This document shows, one piece after another, positions 25,425-40,354 of a DNA stretch of 64,000 nt (its first letter is position 1; each line of letters begins with the position of its first letter). The notes beneath the pieces are model-generated. The model did not search any database. It was not told the DNA's origin and saw only the letters and a program-made list of their open reading frames with translations. The stretch comes from Octopus vulgaris (lineage: Eukaryota), in the NCBI GenBank assembly GCA_951406725.2, contig OX597820.1:35402001-35466000 (forward strand). The letters are read 5' to 3'. A program made the translations under genes and the position numbers.

Positions 25425-28391
25425 ATATATATATATATCTTTTCTATTGCTGTTCGATTTCGCCCTTCAAAGTTTTAAAATCCTCCAGTTTTTCTCTTTT
25501 ATTTTCGACCATTCCGCCGCCCTATGTGCACGCGATATCTCTGTTCCGGCACAACATTTTATACATTGTCAACAGCACAATAATGGGTTTCCGATGTTCG
25601 ATTCCATTAACATGTAAAGCCAAAGTATTTTTGTTCTATCATTTTCTCGCCCACATCTTTGCCATTTATTTTTTCGTTTCATAGATCCCAGTAAAACATT
25701 TTGGTGACATTGTCATACCTTTTCTCTGGTCCAATTGGCTGCATTCGCTCATAAAATACCACAATGTGTAGCGAAACCACACATACTGCATTTGTTAGAT
25801 TCTAAGGAATGGCCAATTTTGTGCTTAACCCATTTTAACCCAGGTAACCCTGTCGAAATTTTGAAGATAGCTATATAAATAGGGATAACAAACATACGGA
25901 AGCGTCCAGTTAACCTTTATTGCAGTAAATAAACCAAATACAATGGTTAAATAAATACAACAAGCACTATTTTGCGTCCAGTTAACCTTTATTGCAGTAA
26001 ACAAACCAAATACAACTGTCCTCAAACGCAGACAGAGGGTTATTATAATTTGTTCTTGTGCTGCGCATATCAAGTCCTCGGTTTCTGGTCTTTTGTTTTG
26101 TAATCACACCTATTTTTTATCTGGATTGTCCTATCATCATCATAATCATCATCATCAAGGCGACAAGCTGGCAGAATCGGTACCGCACCAGGAAAACATT
26201 CTTAGCGGCATTTCTTCCGACTTTACATTCTGAGTTCAAATGCCGCCGGGATCCAGTTTGCCTTTCATCTTTCCCGGGTCGATAAAATAAGTACCAGTTG
26301 AACACTACCGTCAATATAATCAACTTAACCTCTACTCCAAAATTGCTGGCCTTGCGCCAAAATTTGAAATCAACTATTTTCTACTGTGGGAAAGGTCGTC
26401 GTGGGGACAAAACTCACACTGATCCTTTTGGGGGAAGGGTTGAGCGAGGGGTTAGCAGGATCTTCAGTGAAGAACAGAAAAAAATTAATTAAATAGATAG
26501 AGAAATCACCCTTCCTAAAAAATTACCAAGTATTCAATGGTCATACTGCTAGAAATAGTTGCCGAATCTCCCTCAAAGAACTCCATAACGACTCATTAAA
26601 AAAAAAAGACATATAACATGTCGTCCGAGAAACGTCTAAAAGACTTGATGGTCACAGTTGGAATGACTGATAACTGTTCGGTTATATCAGAGTTCCCTAG
26701 TGATTAAACAACGAGAACTAGGCCAACGTTCGGGACTGAACGGTAGGCGTGACCATCACGTATGAAGGATTTTTTTTAATATTTTAGAATACCTTAGCCA
26801 CTTAACCACACGCTTTCACTGAGGCTAAATGACAACAGCAACAACAACAACAACAGCAGCAGCAGCAGGAATAGTAAGAACAGCAGAAACATCTACAACA
26901 ACAGCCGTAATCTTTGATTGTATCTTCTGCTCGGAATTGGTCTGTGGCTAAAAGACAGCAAAGTAGCAGTAGTTACTGCAGCAGCAGCAGCAGCAGCAAC
27001 AACAACAAAAACAGCAGCAGCAACAATAACAACTACGACAACTGAAATCTTTGATTGTAACTTTTGCTTAGAATTGATCTAGAAATTTTTTTTTATTTTC
27101 TTATTTTTTTTAATTTTTTTTTCTTTATTGCCCACAAGGGGTCAAACATAGAGGAGACAAAAACAAGGACAGACAAAGGGATTAAGTCGATTACATCGAT
27201 CCCCAGTGCGTAACTGGTACTTTTATTTATCGACCCCGAAAGGAGAAGAAAGGCAAGGTTGACCTCGGCGGAATTTGAACTCAGAACGTAGTGGCAGACG
27301 AAATACTGCTAAGCATTTCACCCGGCACGCTAACGTTTCTGCCAGCTCGATTGACAACACCAACAGCAATGTTTGATCACAGGACCTTTCAGAGCTGATT
27401 TGGGAGCTAAATGACAACAACAACAACAACAACAGTAACAACAACAAGAAGAATTGCAACTACAACAGCTACAAGGACGATGACACAAGCTGTAGCACCA
27501 GCAACGGCAACAACTGAAAATCTTTGATCATAAAGTCTGCTCAGTAAAATCTGACCAGGGGCTAAAACAACAACGACCACAGCAACCGCAGCAACAGCAG
27601 CAGGAATAACAGCAACAGCAACAACAAAAACCCACAGCAACATTAATAGCAATAACAGCAGCAACAACAACAAAAACGACAAAGCTAAAACCACAGCGGC
27701 AATCTTTGATCAGAAGTCCGTTTGCTCATAAGTGTCATGTATCAAATTCGACTGCAAAACAAAATGTCAGAAGTATAAAAAAAAAAAAGGAAAACCAGAA
27801 AAACGCCACAAACTTACGTCAATGGAATCATAACTGTTCCATAGTTGAGTGGTTATTGGGATTAAACGAATATTATAAGAACAAGAACAAGGGAATATGT
27901 AAATTAACTGAACTCGGAAACGGAGAATTTTATAGGAAAAAAAAGATCACATTCTCTCCGTCAATATCCAGCCCCAACCCCGCAATAATGCTTACCGAGT
28001 TATTGGAATATTGGAATAGAATATATGGCTATCATTATCAGAAGCAGCAATAACGGCAACAACAACAACAGCAGCAATGGTAGCAGTACTACCGATGAAA
28101 AACTGCATGGTAGATATTTTTCTTTCTGCTCTTCAGCGGCAGGTTCGCTGAATCTATTATCGAATCTTTTGCGTGATCTCTTCCTTTGAATGCAGCTATG
28201 CTGGAGCACAGCCTTCAGGATTGTTTAAGCCGAATAAGTTACCCCCCATGAATTGGTATTTTAAGTCTGGTACTTATTCTGTCGGTCCCTTTTGCTGACC
28301 CGCTAGGTTATAGGGGCGTAATCATTCCAACACTGGTCTTTTCAAGCGGTGGTGGGGGACAAACATAGAGACAAAGATACATATATAAATA

Positions 28392-28496
<105 letters not shown>

Positions 28497-28902
28497 GTGT
28501 GTGTGTTTGTATTTATATATGTGTGTGTGTGTGTGTGACTATGTGGTAAGTTGCTTACCAACCACATGGTTCCGGGTTCAGTCCCACTGCGTGGCACCTT
28601 GGACAAGTGTCTTCTACTATAGCTTCGGGTCACCCAAAGCCATGTGAGTGGATTTGGTAGACGGAAACTGAAAGAAGGCCGTCGTATATATGTATGTGTG
28701 TATGTATGTTTGACAAATATCCGTCAAATGTAAACAATGTAAATAGTGTAAATAATGTCTATTAATTTTGCCTTTAGGTTCTAATTGCTAATAAGCCAGC
28801 CTTTTTAATTTGTTTCTACACTTTTTGGAAATCAGCACACGTTTTCAACGGTTTTTCTTATTAGACTGACAGTGGTACTTGAGTTCAACCCTAGGACTTA
28901 AG

Positions 28903-28958
28903 AGCCACTGATGAGTATTAACACTGTCTACATCAAAATCCGAAATCGCAATCTGGCT
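28903..28958 (+). ncRNA. Type I hammerhead ribozyme, slightly decayed
   Basis: AGCCA CTGATGA GTATT..AATCC GAAA TCGCAA TC TGGCT; one mismatch in stem II, near-palindromic stem III. Confidence 0.65.
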
Positions 28959-29100
28959 ATATCCTCTGTCACTTTTGTGACGAGTATCAACTTAGTCTGC
29001 TGGCTGTGGACACATGTCACTTTCCATCATGCTCAGCAAAATAAGCTGCGAATTTTCATCAAATGATGATGATGATGATGATAATGATAATAATAATAAT

Positions 29101-29137
<37 letters not shown>

Positions 29138-29304
29138 GTTAAATCGACCCCAGTACGTAACTGGCACTTATTTTATTGGCGCCGAAAGGATAAAAAGCAA
29201 AGTCAGCTTTGGCAGAATTTGAACTCCGAACGTAAGGATGGGCAAATGCTTAGTGGCACTTCGTCCGTCTTTACGTTCTGAGCACCTTATACTACTACTA
29301 CTAC

Positions 29305-29335
<31 letters not shown>

Positions 29336-29914
29336 TATTTCTCATTTTGGCACAAAGCCAGTAATTTTGAGGAGAGGGAGAAGGTCTTTTACTATAGCCT
29401 CAAGCCGACCAGAGCCCTGTGAGTGGACTTGGCATACAGAAACTGAAAAAAGCCCGTCCTCTGTCCGGCCTTCGCCATGATAGATCGCTAGCCACTATAC
29501 CTTTTTCTATTTTCTCTCCCTGTTTATTTCTGTGTTCTTTTCTGTCAAAGAGCGTAGGCTCAAAACGTAAAAGACTTTCTCTCTTCCCGAGCGTTAAACT
29601 AATATATCTGTCTGTTGTTTTCACACCCGTCTTCGTCTTTCGTGTTTTTTTCTGTAAATTCTTACTATGTGTGTGTGTGTGTGTGTGTGCGGATTTATCT
29701 CCTATCTCCACTACCACTAGACAGCCGGTGCTGGCGTGTTTACTTTTCTCCACATGAGAGCTGTTCGGTAAAGAAACCGATAGAATAGGCGCGAAGCCCC
29801 AAGGAAGAAGCAAGTACGGGAATCAATACGTTCCACTAAAAGTTCTTCAAGGCGGTGTCCCAGCATGGTGCAGTCTCATGAGGGAAACATGTAGTAAAAG
29901 ATAATTATGACAAG

Positions 29915-29933
29915 AGGAGAAAGAAGAAGAAGA

Positions 29934-29983
<50 letters not shown>

Positions 29984-30200
29984 AAGAAGAAGAAGAAGAA
30001 GAAGAAGATGATGATGATGATGATGATGATGAAGAAGAAGAAGAAGAAGAAGAAGAAGAAGATGATGATGATGATGATGATGATGAAGAAGAAGAAGAAG
30101 AAGAAGAAGAAGAAGAAGAAGAAGAAGAAGAAGAAGAAGAAGAAGAAGAAGAAGAAGAAGAAGAAGAAACAAGAAGAAGAAGAAGAAACAACAACAACTT
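29915..30200 (+). repeat. Compound microsatellite (GAA)/(GTA)/(GAT)/(GAA)/(CAA)
   Basis: Directly visible. Confidence 0.95.
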
Positions 30201-30600
30201 AGCAAACTGAAAGAAACCCTTTGACTACGAAGACATCAAAGCAAAACTGAAAAAAAATACCTACAACCTTTTTAGGAAGCCAGTACATTCTCTCACGACA
30301 CATATTCTGCGATGTTTCTTCAAGTTACCAAAGAACGACGCTAAGATTGGCACGTAGGCATAATCCGGGATGGTTCTGTTTACCATTGGTAAATGCTGCA
30401 ATGACTAGTGGTAAAGTAGATATCATTTATGGTAGTATACAACGGGTGGGAGACACGTTGGATGTCTGCGACTCAATTCCAGCTTAATTCTTTAATTCAG
30501 TGTGTGTGACAGTCATATCAATAAGTGGAGAGATAGAGTGTAGGTCTATATATATATATTAGCACATATACGTATAACATATATATATATATATATATAT

Positions 30601-30671
<71 letters not shown>

Positions 30672-31114
30672 TAGATATATACATAGAGAGAGGGGGGAGT
30701 TAAAGAGAGAGAATGAAAGGGGAGAGATATTCATTTAGATGTGTGTATGTATATAAACGTAAAGAAAGACAGCTACCACAGAAGTGGAAGACAAGCTATC
30801 ACACAAACACACATTAATACGTGTCTGTGTGTGTGCACGTGCGTGAGTGTGTGTGTGTGTGTGTGTGCGTGTGTGTGTGTCTGTTTATTCATAGAGAGAT
30901 AGAGAGAGCGAGATATATAGATAGATAGATATGTTTCTTTATTAGCCACACACGGCTGCACACAGACAGGACAAATTACAAGGTAGAGCTTTTCTTTTGG
31001 GGGTAAAAAAAGGGGGTTTGGTTTTCGATCAAAAGGGATCGTAAAGGGAAAGAAAGAGGACAAAAAAGGGGAGAATAAAAATTTTTAAAAGGGGGGGGAA
31101 AGGGAAAGGGAAAA

Positions 31115-31166
<52 letters not shown>

Positions 31167-31520
31167 TTTTCTAATTATATATCTATGATAGATAATTAGA
31201 AAGGTAGACAGCTGATAATTGATTTCCTCGTTATCCAAACTTCCTCCCTAAATGCTATCCTTCAAGTATCAAAAAGATGAAGGGATGGTCTTGATATTGG
31301 CAAATGAATAACATTGGTTTGCTTAAACGTCATGGAGCACAAAGGTTCAGGTTGGGGAATACAACATGTATTTGCGGCAGTTATTGTAATTACGAGATAT
31401 CTCTTGAGACTAATCGTAGGATTCTTAATTGGGATTTCATAGGTAGCATAAATAGAAGTATTTCCCAGATATCCTCTGACGGGTTTATTTTCAAACATTC
31501 CTCCTCTACTGCAACAATAG

Positions 31521-31765
31521 TGGAGATGCGTGGCTTAGTGGTTAGGGTATTGGACTCATGATCGGGAGATTGTGGTTTCGATTCCTGGACCGGGAGACTT
31601 GTTTTATTCTTGAGCAAAGCATTTCATTCCACGTTGCTCCAGTGACTCCCCTGGCAAAAATGAATAATCCTGCAATGGACCAGGGTCCCGTCTAGGTGGG
31701 GGAATGTATACGCCATGGAAACCGGAAAACCGGCCCTTATGAGTTAGCATGACTCGAAAAAGTAC
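31521..31765 (+). mobile_element. tRNA-headed SINE (family C-like head, family D-like tail)
   Basis: Head TGGCTTAGTGGTTAGGG..GGTTTCGATTCC, TTCTTGAGCAA core, tail ATGGACCAGGGTCCCGTC..GAAACCGGAAAACCGG like 3660-3722. Confidence 0.7.
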
Positions 31766-32325
31766 CCTTTACGTTTTTTTTGTTTTTGTTTTGTATTTTT
31801 ACCTATAACGATACGTTAACATGAAGTGTCGTTTGTGAGATTTTCTACGTTTTCATGAAAATAGGGCCACTTTCATGAAAGTAAAACCGTAACAGCTTTT
31901 CGAAATTTTTTACAATGAACACAAAGTCACTATATGTCTGTAAATATATTTTGAAATGATTCATTTTCGTACTTGATATCGATATCAGGATAATTTTTTG
32001 CAGATTTCAAGGATGTCTTGAAATTATTACATCCACTTTTAAAAGATATATCACACTAGGTGAATGAAAATTCTGACCACACACTTTGTTGTCCATCAAA
32101 CTCGTTAGTAAATTTCAAAATCAATGTTGATAAACACAGTAAGTCTTTTTATATTGCTATGTGAGAATTAGCAGAGAAAGTAGCAGTTAATATTTTCAGA
32201 GGAATAAAGTTATTTTGTACGATATCATACACGTCACATATTTTGGGTCATCTTGAAAACAGAGATAAAATCATTTATGCTTAATTCTTGTAGACTTTCA
32301 CGTGAAAATAAATCAATACAATTCT

Positions 32326-32558
32326 TATTTCTTTATTGCCCACAAGGGGCTAAACATAGAGGAGACAAACAAGGACAGACATAGGTATTAAGTCGATTAC
32401 ATCGACCCAGTGCGCAACTGGTATTTATTTAATCGACCCCCGAAAGGATGAAAGGCAAAGTCGACCTCGGCGGAATTTGAACTCAGAACGAAAAGTCAGA
32501 CGAAATAACGCTAAGCATTTCGACCGGCGTGCTAACGTTTCTGCCAGCTCTCCGCCTT
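32326..32558 (-). mobile_element. SINE family A, full length with 11-bp TSD
   Basis: AATACAATTCT at 32315-32325 and 32559-32569. Confidence 0.92.
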
Positions 32559-32659
32559 AATACAATTCTATTAGTAAAGGTTCAAGATTTACAGCTTAGA
32601 TATTTCATATATTTTGCCTCTGACTGTCATGTTCATCACGTGAGAATATGCCTGTAGTA

Positions 32660-32835
32660 GAACCTAGAAGACACAATTTGGTTCAACGCAGTCAACTATT
32701 TGGAGGAATTCATTAATATGGGTAGGAATTTTCTATCTCTGCATAATTTTCACAAGCTTTTTAAGAGTGACAGTGGCAAGGTTGGTTATAGTCGCCTGGA
32801 TGGCATCACTTCTCACATCACACATAACAATCTAG
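32660..32835 (+). mobile_element. Penelope-like element RT/linker fragment
   Basis: TIWFNAVNYLEEFINMGRNFLSL..FHKLFKSDSGKVGYS..ITSHITHNN resembles the PLE motif IWFNPP..NIG..FL..LHKIFNRNTVKVSYS..II..HN. Confidence 0.65.
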
Positions 32836-33558
32836 AACACCACCCAGAAAAATTCCCTCTAATACCCACTTACAAACGCAGAATTTTATAATAAAATATT
32901 TCAATGCAGTTGCAATATAGAAGCATACCTTTAATGAGTTGATGTAATTTTCTTCGAAAAGGATTTCGAGTAAATCACGCTCAAAACAAACAAGTGTGTG
33001 TGTGTGATTGACTGCTGGCGTTATGTGAATGACTCGTTAAATCATTCACACATAACGAAAAACACAAATTCACTTTTAATTATACTTGTAAGAGCAGAGT
33101 TGTCAATCTACATATTGAAATTAAAGAATTACACTAATATTCTCAATCACGATACATTTAAGTTTAAAACAACAAATATAGATACGTGCCATCTTTAACT
33201 TCAACAGAATATTCCATTCAGATTAAAACTCCATACATATATACATGCATACATACATATAACATATATATATATATATATATATACATATATATTCATA
33301 TATAATATATATGCGTGTGTGTGTGTGCGTATACTTATATATATCTAAACATATGTATATGTATATATATATATAAGAAATATTGAATTTCTAAATCTCT
33401 CGTAGAGACATGTACGGTGGTGGGGCGATAGAATGGTTGTATACTGTCAATCTAACAAGAACGTGACAGTAGGGGGTACACCACCGTTGTATAGCCCTAG
33501 GAGGCATCGAACGCCTCCTGACAGCTTCGACACATTTTTTCCCTGTGTCCTTATATAC

Positions 33559-33664
<106 letters not shown>

Positions 33665-34609
33665 ATGTCTGCATATATATATTTATATATAAATATGTGT
33701 ACATATAATGTATATACATACATACAAAAATACATACAAACATAACAGAACCTGAGATTATTTATAAGATATTTTGTAATAATCATATGTAGGTTTCCCT
33801 TTCTTTTCTATATATAGTCTGCGTATCACTCAAACCCGGATTTCATAATGGATGATAGATTTCCTACACTCAGACTGCAATGTACGTGGAATTCTAAATA
33901 ACTGATATTTGTCACGCAATTTGAAGCTTAAATAAAACTAGAAAAGCATTATACACACACACACACACGCATATATATATATATATATGTAATTTTATTT
34001 TTTTACTTATTAGATTCTCACCGACGATTTCGATGTAGGAGTGTCCAACGGCAATTTAGTTGTTTTTTTTGTGTGTTTCTTGTTTGTCGTCTTGTATTTT
34101 AACCCTGATGCTTATGTCTCTTATGAAACTTTAACCCGGCCAACACTTTACAGACAAGCCTACAGCTGGTCATTTGTATGCATTTATGTAGATGATGTAT
34201 GTATGTATGTATGTATGTATGTATGCATATATATTTATATAAACACACTTACATAAACACACCCTCCTTCTTTCCTTCTTTCCTGAGCGTCCAATAATAC
34301 TATATTTGTTCCACGTCTTCTCGTTGTTGTGTTTTTTTGTGCTTTCATGTTTGGATTAACTACATATATATATATATAATTTAGAGACATTACCTCTATT
34401 TAGCAATTCAATCAATACTGAACGATATTATCTATACAAAACCATATATAGAAAGTAGTTATTCCCTGTTGACTTTTATATTCCCTAACTATTAATAATA
34501 ATATTAATATATATATATAAAATATATATATATATATATATATATAAACACATCTATATGTACATGCATACATATATGTAGACACATATGTGTGTGTGTG
34601 GTGTCAGTG

Positions 34610-34654
<45 letters not shown>

Positions 34655-34667
34655 GCACTCATATATA

Positions 34668-35080
34668 TATATGGAAAATCCTGGAAGGACTTGTATAAAC
34701 TTTGGCGTCGGAAGTTACACCCACGGCAGAGAGGGGCACTACTGCGTACTGCCAAAGATCCTCAAATTGGCATCGGGATACAGGTTCAGATACTGCAGCA
34801 GCTTGTATTTCAAAGGACCTTAGATTTTTAGCATCCTCCCCCAAATCCGGAAACTCCTACATGGAGTGTATGCGGGTGTCTTTAAAACAAAACAGGATCT
34901 GTTCCTGTCACGAGTTCCGGTTGAACCTACAGCAGGAAATGTAGATGAGTGGAACAACATCAACTTCCATCGTTGATCAAATGCCACATGTCAAAGGATG
35001 TTTCAAGTCGTGAAAGTGTAGCAAAGGTAACGGCTTCTGCCCAAACATGGCCGTATCTCTCGAGCAGAAACTAGTAATAA
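34668..35080 (+). mobile_element. CR1-group LINE 3'-end fragment
   Basis: Translation across frameshifts: [68 protein letters not shown]. Confidence 0.75.
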
Positions 35081-35265
35081 TACATACATACATACATAAA
35101 TATATATATATATTATATATATAGGTGCAGGAGTGGTTGTGTGGTAAGTAGTTTGCTTACTAACCTCATGGTTCCGGGTTCAGTACCACTGCGTGACACC
35201 TTGGGTAAGTGTCTTCTGCTATAGCCTCGGGCCGACCAAAGCCTGAAAGAAGCCCGTCGTATATA

Positions 35266-35298
<33 letters not shown>

Positions 35299-35342
35299 GT
35301 AAATAAATGGAGTTGGACGAAGATGTTATTAAAATTCTTTTA

Positions 35343-35425
35343 CTTTCGACATATGTTTCGAACACAACATTGGTTTTATTCCAAAGGAATAAACGGTGTA
35401 AAATGCAATCTTCTCATCAAGAAAG
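35343..35425 (-). ncRNA. Hammerhead-like motif with long stem II (core C>U variant) in PLE pLTR remnant
   Basis: CTTTC TTGATGA GAA...TTC GAAA CATATG TC GAAAG; related to 45751-45835. Confidence 0.55.
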
Positions 35426-35646
35426 AAAGAGAGCCTATCTCAACAACAAGACATTATATCAATTACAATGACTGCCTAAATGATAAACAGAACGTTACTA
35501 ACTATTAAAAAAAAACCGTTAGTAGATTTGACGTAATGGGTTACAGAATTTTCAAAGTTACAGAATGGGTTACTGAATTTTCAAAGCCTGATATTCTATC
35601 AGCTTCTTCTCTCATGTTCTCTAGTAGTGATTTCGAGAGAGAGAGA

Positions 35647-35716
<70 letters not shown>

Positions 35717-36129
35717 GAGAGAGTGAGAAAGGGGACGGACCTCGTTGGAAATATGAAGTTTAGGAAATTCTGCAATAGGTTCAGCAATTTCCTCATCTCA
35801 TTCAAATTGATTACGTCAAATCTACTAACGGTTTTTTTTAAATATTACGTATTTTTATTTATTAATGATAGAATGACTGTAGAAACAGCTATAGAATTTA
35901 ATTTAAGAAATTTTGATGTATTAGCGAAATATTTGCGTTTTCTATTACTAAACATTTTTATTTGAACAGTCGTTTTAGCAAATATGTCTCCATGTTGACT
36001 ACTTCCTATAAATGATATAGCATTAAAGTAATAATATTTTGGCAGTTAACGTTATGTAAAGCAAGTGAGCTTTTAAAATCAGTGGATATACTTTTATAGA
36101 CTTTAAGCGCTATATATATATATATATAA

Positions 36130-36189
<60 letters not shown>

Positions 36190-36370
36190 ATACGTGTGTA
36201 TATGCGTGTGTATGTTTGTGTATTTATAATTGTGTAACTGCTACATAACTTATCACTCAAAATGTTCGTTTCATTAGATGTATTCAAAATGCAAATAGAC
36301 TCTCTCTTTCTCCTCTCCCTCTTTCACTCTGTCTATCTCTATCTCTCTCTCACTATCTCTGTCTGTCTCC

Positions 36371-36449
<79 letters not shown>

Positions 36450-38029
36450 TATAGACAGACAGAAAGAGAGGTGTAAATACTTGAATAATTAAATGTTAAC
36501 TGCATCAAGTTTAAATTGTTGCATATTGATTGTACAGGTTATTCTTAATATTGCACTGATACAGGTTACGCACACAAGCATGCACACACACATACACGGA
36601 AATATACAAACGCGCGCGTGCAAGCGCACACACATGCAGATATGCACACACACACACCTGCATCTCAATTGTAGTTGTTTTATCGAACGAACTCTCGAAA
36701 AACCACGGGAAAATATCGACATGTGAAATTTTATAGAAATTTAGGAATCTTGGAATTTCGAACAATAGAACAAAGAAGTAAATAAACTGAAAAAAAAAAT
36801 CAATCATTCAGAAGTATGTATTGATTTTCAACAAAAGCTTCGAATTAGCGGTATATGAATCAAGTGCAATAGATCAGTTCTCTAATGCTTGGTTGCTAGA
36901 TTTTTCGTTTTTTTTTTTTATTGATGGATAAAAGGTTAAATACACCTTGGTAAGATTCGAACTCATTAAAACACCACAAAACTTTTCGTCCAGTACTTTA
37001 ACGATTTAGGAACATATTAATTTGTTAAGAATCAATGATAATTATTTTTAATGCGCTTTTGTTTTATAGTGTTAATCTCTTATGATATAATGTAGCTATT
37101 ATTATTGTTGTTGTTGTTGTTAGGGCGGCGAGCTAGCAGAATCGTTAGCACGCAGAATGAAATGCTTCGTGGTATTTCGCCCGCTTCTATGTTCTGAGTT
37201 CAAGTTGCACCGAGGTCGACTTTGGCTTTCATCCCTTTCGGGGTCGATTAAATAAGTACCAGTTACGCATTGAGGTCGATGTAATTGACTTAAACTCTTC
37301 CCCAAAATTTGAAGCTTTGCGCTCCGGTAGAAAAGATTATTATTGTAGCTGTTAAGGCGACGAACTGGCAGAATCGTTAGCACGCCGGGCAAAATGTCCC
37401 TACGTTCTGAGTTCAAATTGCGCCAAGGTCGATTTTGCTTTTCATCCTTTCGGGGTCGCATTAGGGTCGATGTAATCGACTATCCCCCTTCCTCTAACAT
37501 TTCGGGCCTCGTGCATAAGTGGAAAGGTTTATTATTATTATTGTTGTTGTTGTTCGTCTATCGATTTGTGTTGCGCATCGCTCCCGTAAGTGCGTTGTTA
37601 TTCATATTGTTACACATTGTTATACATGGTACCTTTGTTATCGTTGCTTAAACAAACCAGGGGCTTGGGGGGAACAGGTTAACTTTTCTCCATTTGTAGC
37701 TCTTACGGGTTATTTTGGTGTTTGTTTGGGATAAGACGCCCCTCATTTTTTGCAAAGAAAGAAAAAGATGGCGAACGAGAATTGTCCGCCCTCCGAAAGG
37801 AACATCCGGAAGGATGAAAACTCGCCCCCTTAATAACAATAATAATAATAATAATTTTTTCAGACTTTATCAGAGGGGCCAACAGTTTGTGCGGTGGGGA
37901 GGCTGAGATTTACTGATAATTTATTTTATCGATCCTGAATGGATGAAAAGGCAAATTTGACCTCGGTGTGATTTCAACTAGGAACGGAAAAACTTGGGCA
38001 TTAACCAAAATAATTTCAAACACATTGTA

Positions 38030-38350
38030 AGTCTTTGAGATGTGGCCATATAGAAATATTTTGGATAATGTCATAGACAGAATACATAATCAATGGTAAT
38101 GCAAAATGTGTGGTGAAAGACCATGAAAGAGATGAAAGCAGACTATTCTGGACAATTAATTAGAAAGTAAAAAGGTCTACAAAGATTGTTAATAGGAAGG
38201 AAATGAAAGGAAGAGACAAACCAAGAATAATCTGACTGGTAATATCAAGAATTGGACAGTGAAATGGAATGACTATATTGAGTGAATGTATAGAGTACAT
38301 TAAAAGCGAGATGGCGATCAATCGTATTCAACCCACTGAGAATGGACAAT
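38030..38350 (+). mobile_element. RTE-clade LINE 3' fragment (highly decayed)
   Basis: VFEMWPYRNIL (cf. FEMWCYRRIL), KGRDKPR..GNIKNWT, RWRSIVFNP. Confidence 0.65.
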
Positions 38351-38490
38351 ATCTGCTTGTGATGATGCCTGCATGTATAAATGCGCATACATACGCGTAC
38401 ATATCTATATACATGACATATATATGTAGAGAAATATGCATATATATAGATGTGTGTGTGTGAGTGTGTGTATGTGTGTGTGTGTGAGTG

Positions 38491-38525
<35 letters not shown>

Positions 38526-38730
38526 ACATGTATATGTATATGAATATATGTGGTAAATGAAAGATGGAAGATGGAAGATACGAGAATTCTTAGTAATCAC
38601 GACAATTGTTTCGACACATTTAACATTGATCCCTCACGGATGAAATATCAACATCAGATTCAGGAGCATCTGACGGTGCAGATGTGTCTCTTCGGGTGAT
38701 AAATAGATATAACACGTTAAAACAACATAA

Positions 38731-39075
38731 AACAAGAGCACACAGGGAACGCAAACCTCCGCCTAAACAACACCAACGATTAGCCGATGATTTTTAAAAT
38801 GAGAATATCTGAAATAAACTCGACTGCTCTCATAAACGAGAATACTAAAAATGAACCTGACCGCTCTCAAACATTAAGTAAAAAACCCGAAAATATAATC
38901 CAGAATCCTTGTCTGGTACTGGATCTAACCCAAAATCTAATCAGTTCGTGCCAGTTACTAGACCAAACATCCCTGAAAGTTTTATCCGAATCCATCCAGC
39001 GGTTCTTGAGATGTTTTGTCCATGGACAGTAAAAAAAAAAATAACAAACGCGACTGAAACAATAACAGTTCCGCA
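38731..39075 (-). mobile_element. Second HINE-like element copy
   Basis: Reverse-complement homology to 12158-12500. Confidence 0.65.
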
Positions 39076-39395
39076 ATGTATCTTCTCATTTTGTGTAAAG
39101 GAAAGCAGCAGATTAAAGGATATATCTTCATTTATATAGAAGATCAGCATATTCTCTTATTCTTTTCCTCCTTTCAGTCAGTTGACTGCGGCAATACTGG
39201 AGCACCACAAAAAAAGATTTTTTTAGTCAAAGAAACAGACCCCATGACTTATTCTTTTGAATCCTAGTATTTATTCTATCGGTCTCTTTTTCCGAACTGC
39301 TAGATTACGGGGACGTAAACGCACCAAAATTGGTAGTCAAGCGATGATAAGGGGACAAATAGAAACAGAGACACACACACATAAATATATATACA

Positions 39396-39464
<69 letters not shown>

Positions 39465-40204
39465 GACTGGCTTCTTTCAGTTTCCGTCTACCAAATTCAC
39501 TAACAAGGCTTTGGTGGGCCAGAGGCTATAGCAGGAGACACGCAATGAGACTGAACCAAGAACTATGTGGTTGGGAATAAAGCTTCTTACCACACAGTCA
39601 TCTAACCTATAAGTAAATATATAAAGAGGACAAATTTAGTTATCGCACCCCAGACTGAAAAAAGTTCTGAACAGCCTTACTCAGTTTTCGAAACTTATTG
39701 AGTTCTCATCAGAGTTTTTTACATCAATTTGACAAATAGCAGTGAAACAAGAATCCTACGTATATACTCAAGAAATCCAGTGACTACAGAGAACCAGAGC
39801 AACCAAATCCAGCCACAAGGCTTTGTTCGGCGCAAGGATATAGTAGACAACACTTGTACAAAGTGCCACGCAGTAGGACTGAACACGGAACCATGTAGTT
39901 GGTAATCAAGCTACTTACCACACTGCCACTCCTGCGCCAATTTCCCTACCTTCGAACGTGGAATAGATAAAACAGGAGACAACTGATGAAGGGAATGTTC
40001 GTTATGTTGCCTGTCTCGTTTCTCTATTTGTTTCTTTTGCATTCGAAAAAAATGTTCGTTTCTATGTTTTTGTTTTTTTATGTACCCGTTTCCTATTTTG
40101 TTCACTTTTTTAATGTCCTGTACCCATATATGCATGTATATAAACATATATACTTAGGTATGTACATATATGTATGTATATATGCAAATATTTGTATATT
40201 ATTC

Positions 40205-40235
<31 letters not shown>

Positions 40236-40260
40236 TACATACATATATATATATATATAC

Positions 40261-40353
<93 letters not shown>

Positions 40354-40354
<1 letters not shown>

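Noticed and set aside
25902-26015. 42-bp direct repeat 72 bp apart
   Set aside because: Only two copies; simple local duplication with no further structure
31262-31498. 78-85 aa ORFs in unique-looking sequence
   Set aside because: No recognisable motif or splice context
37768-37833. Short ORF MANENCPPSERNIRKDENSPP with AAGATGGCG start
   Set aside because: Too short, no donor site, no supporting homology
39940-40000. CTGATGA motif
   Set aside because: No correctly placed GAAA or stem III
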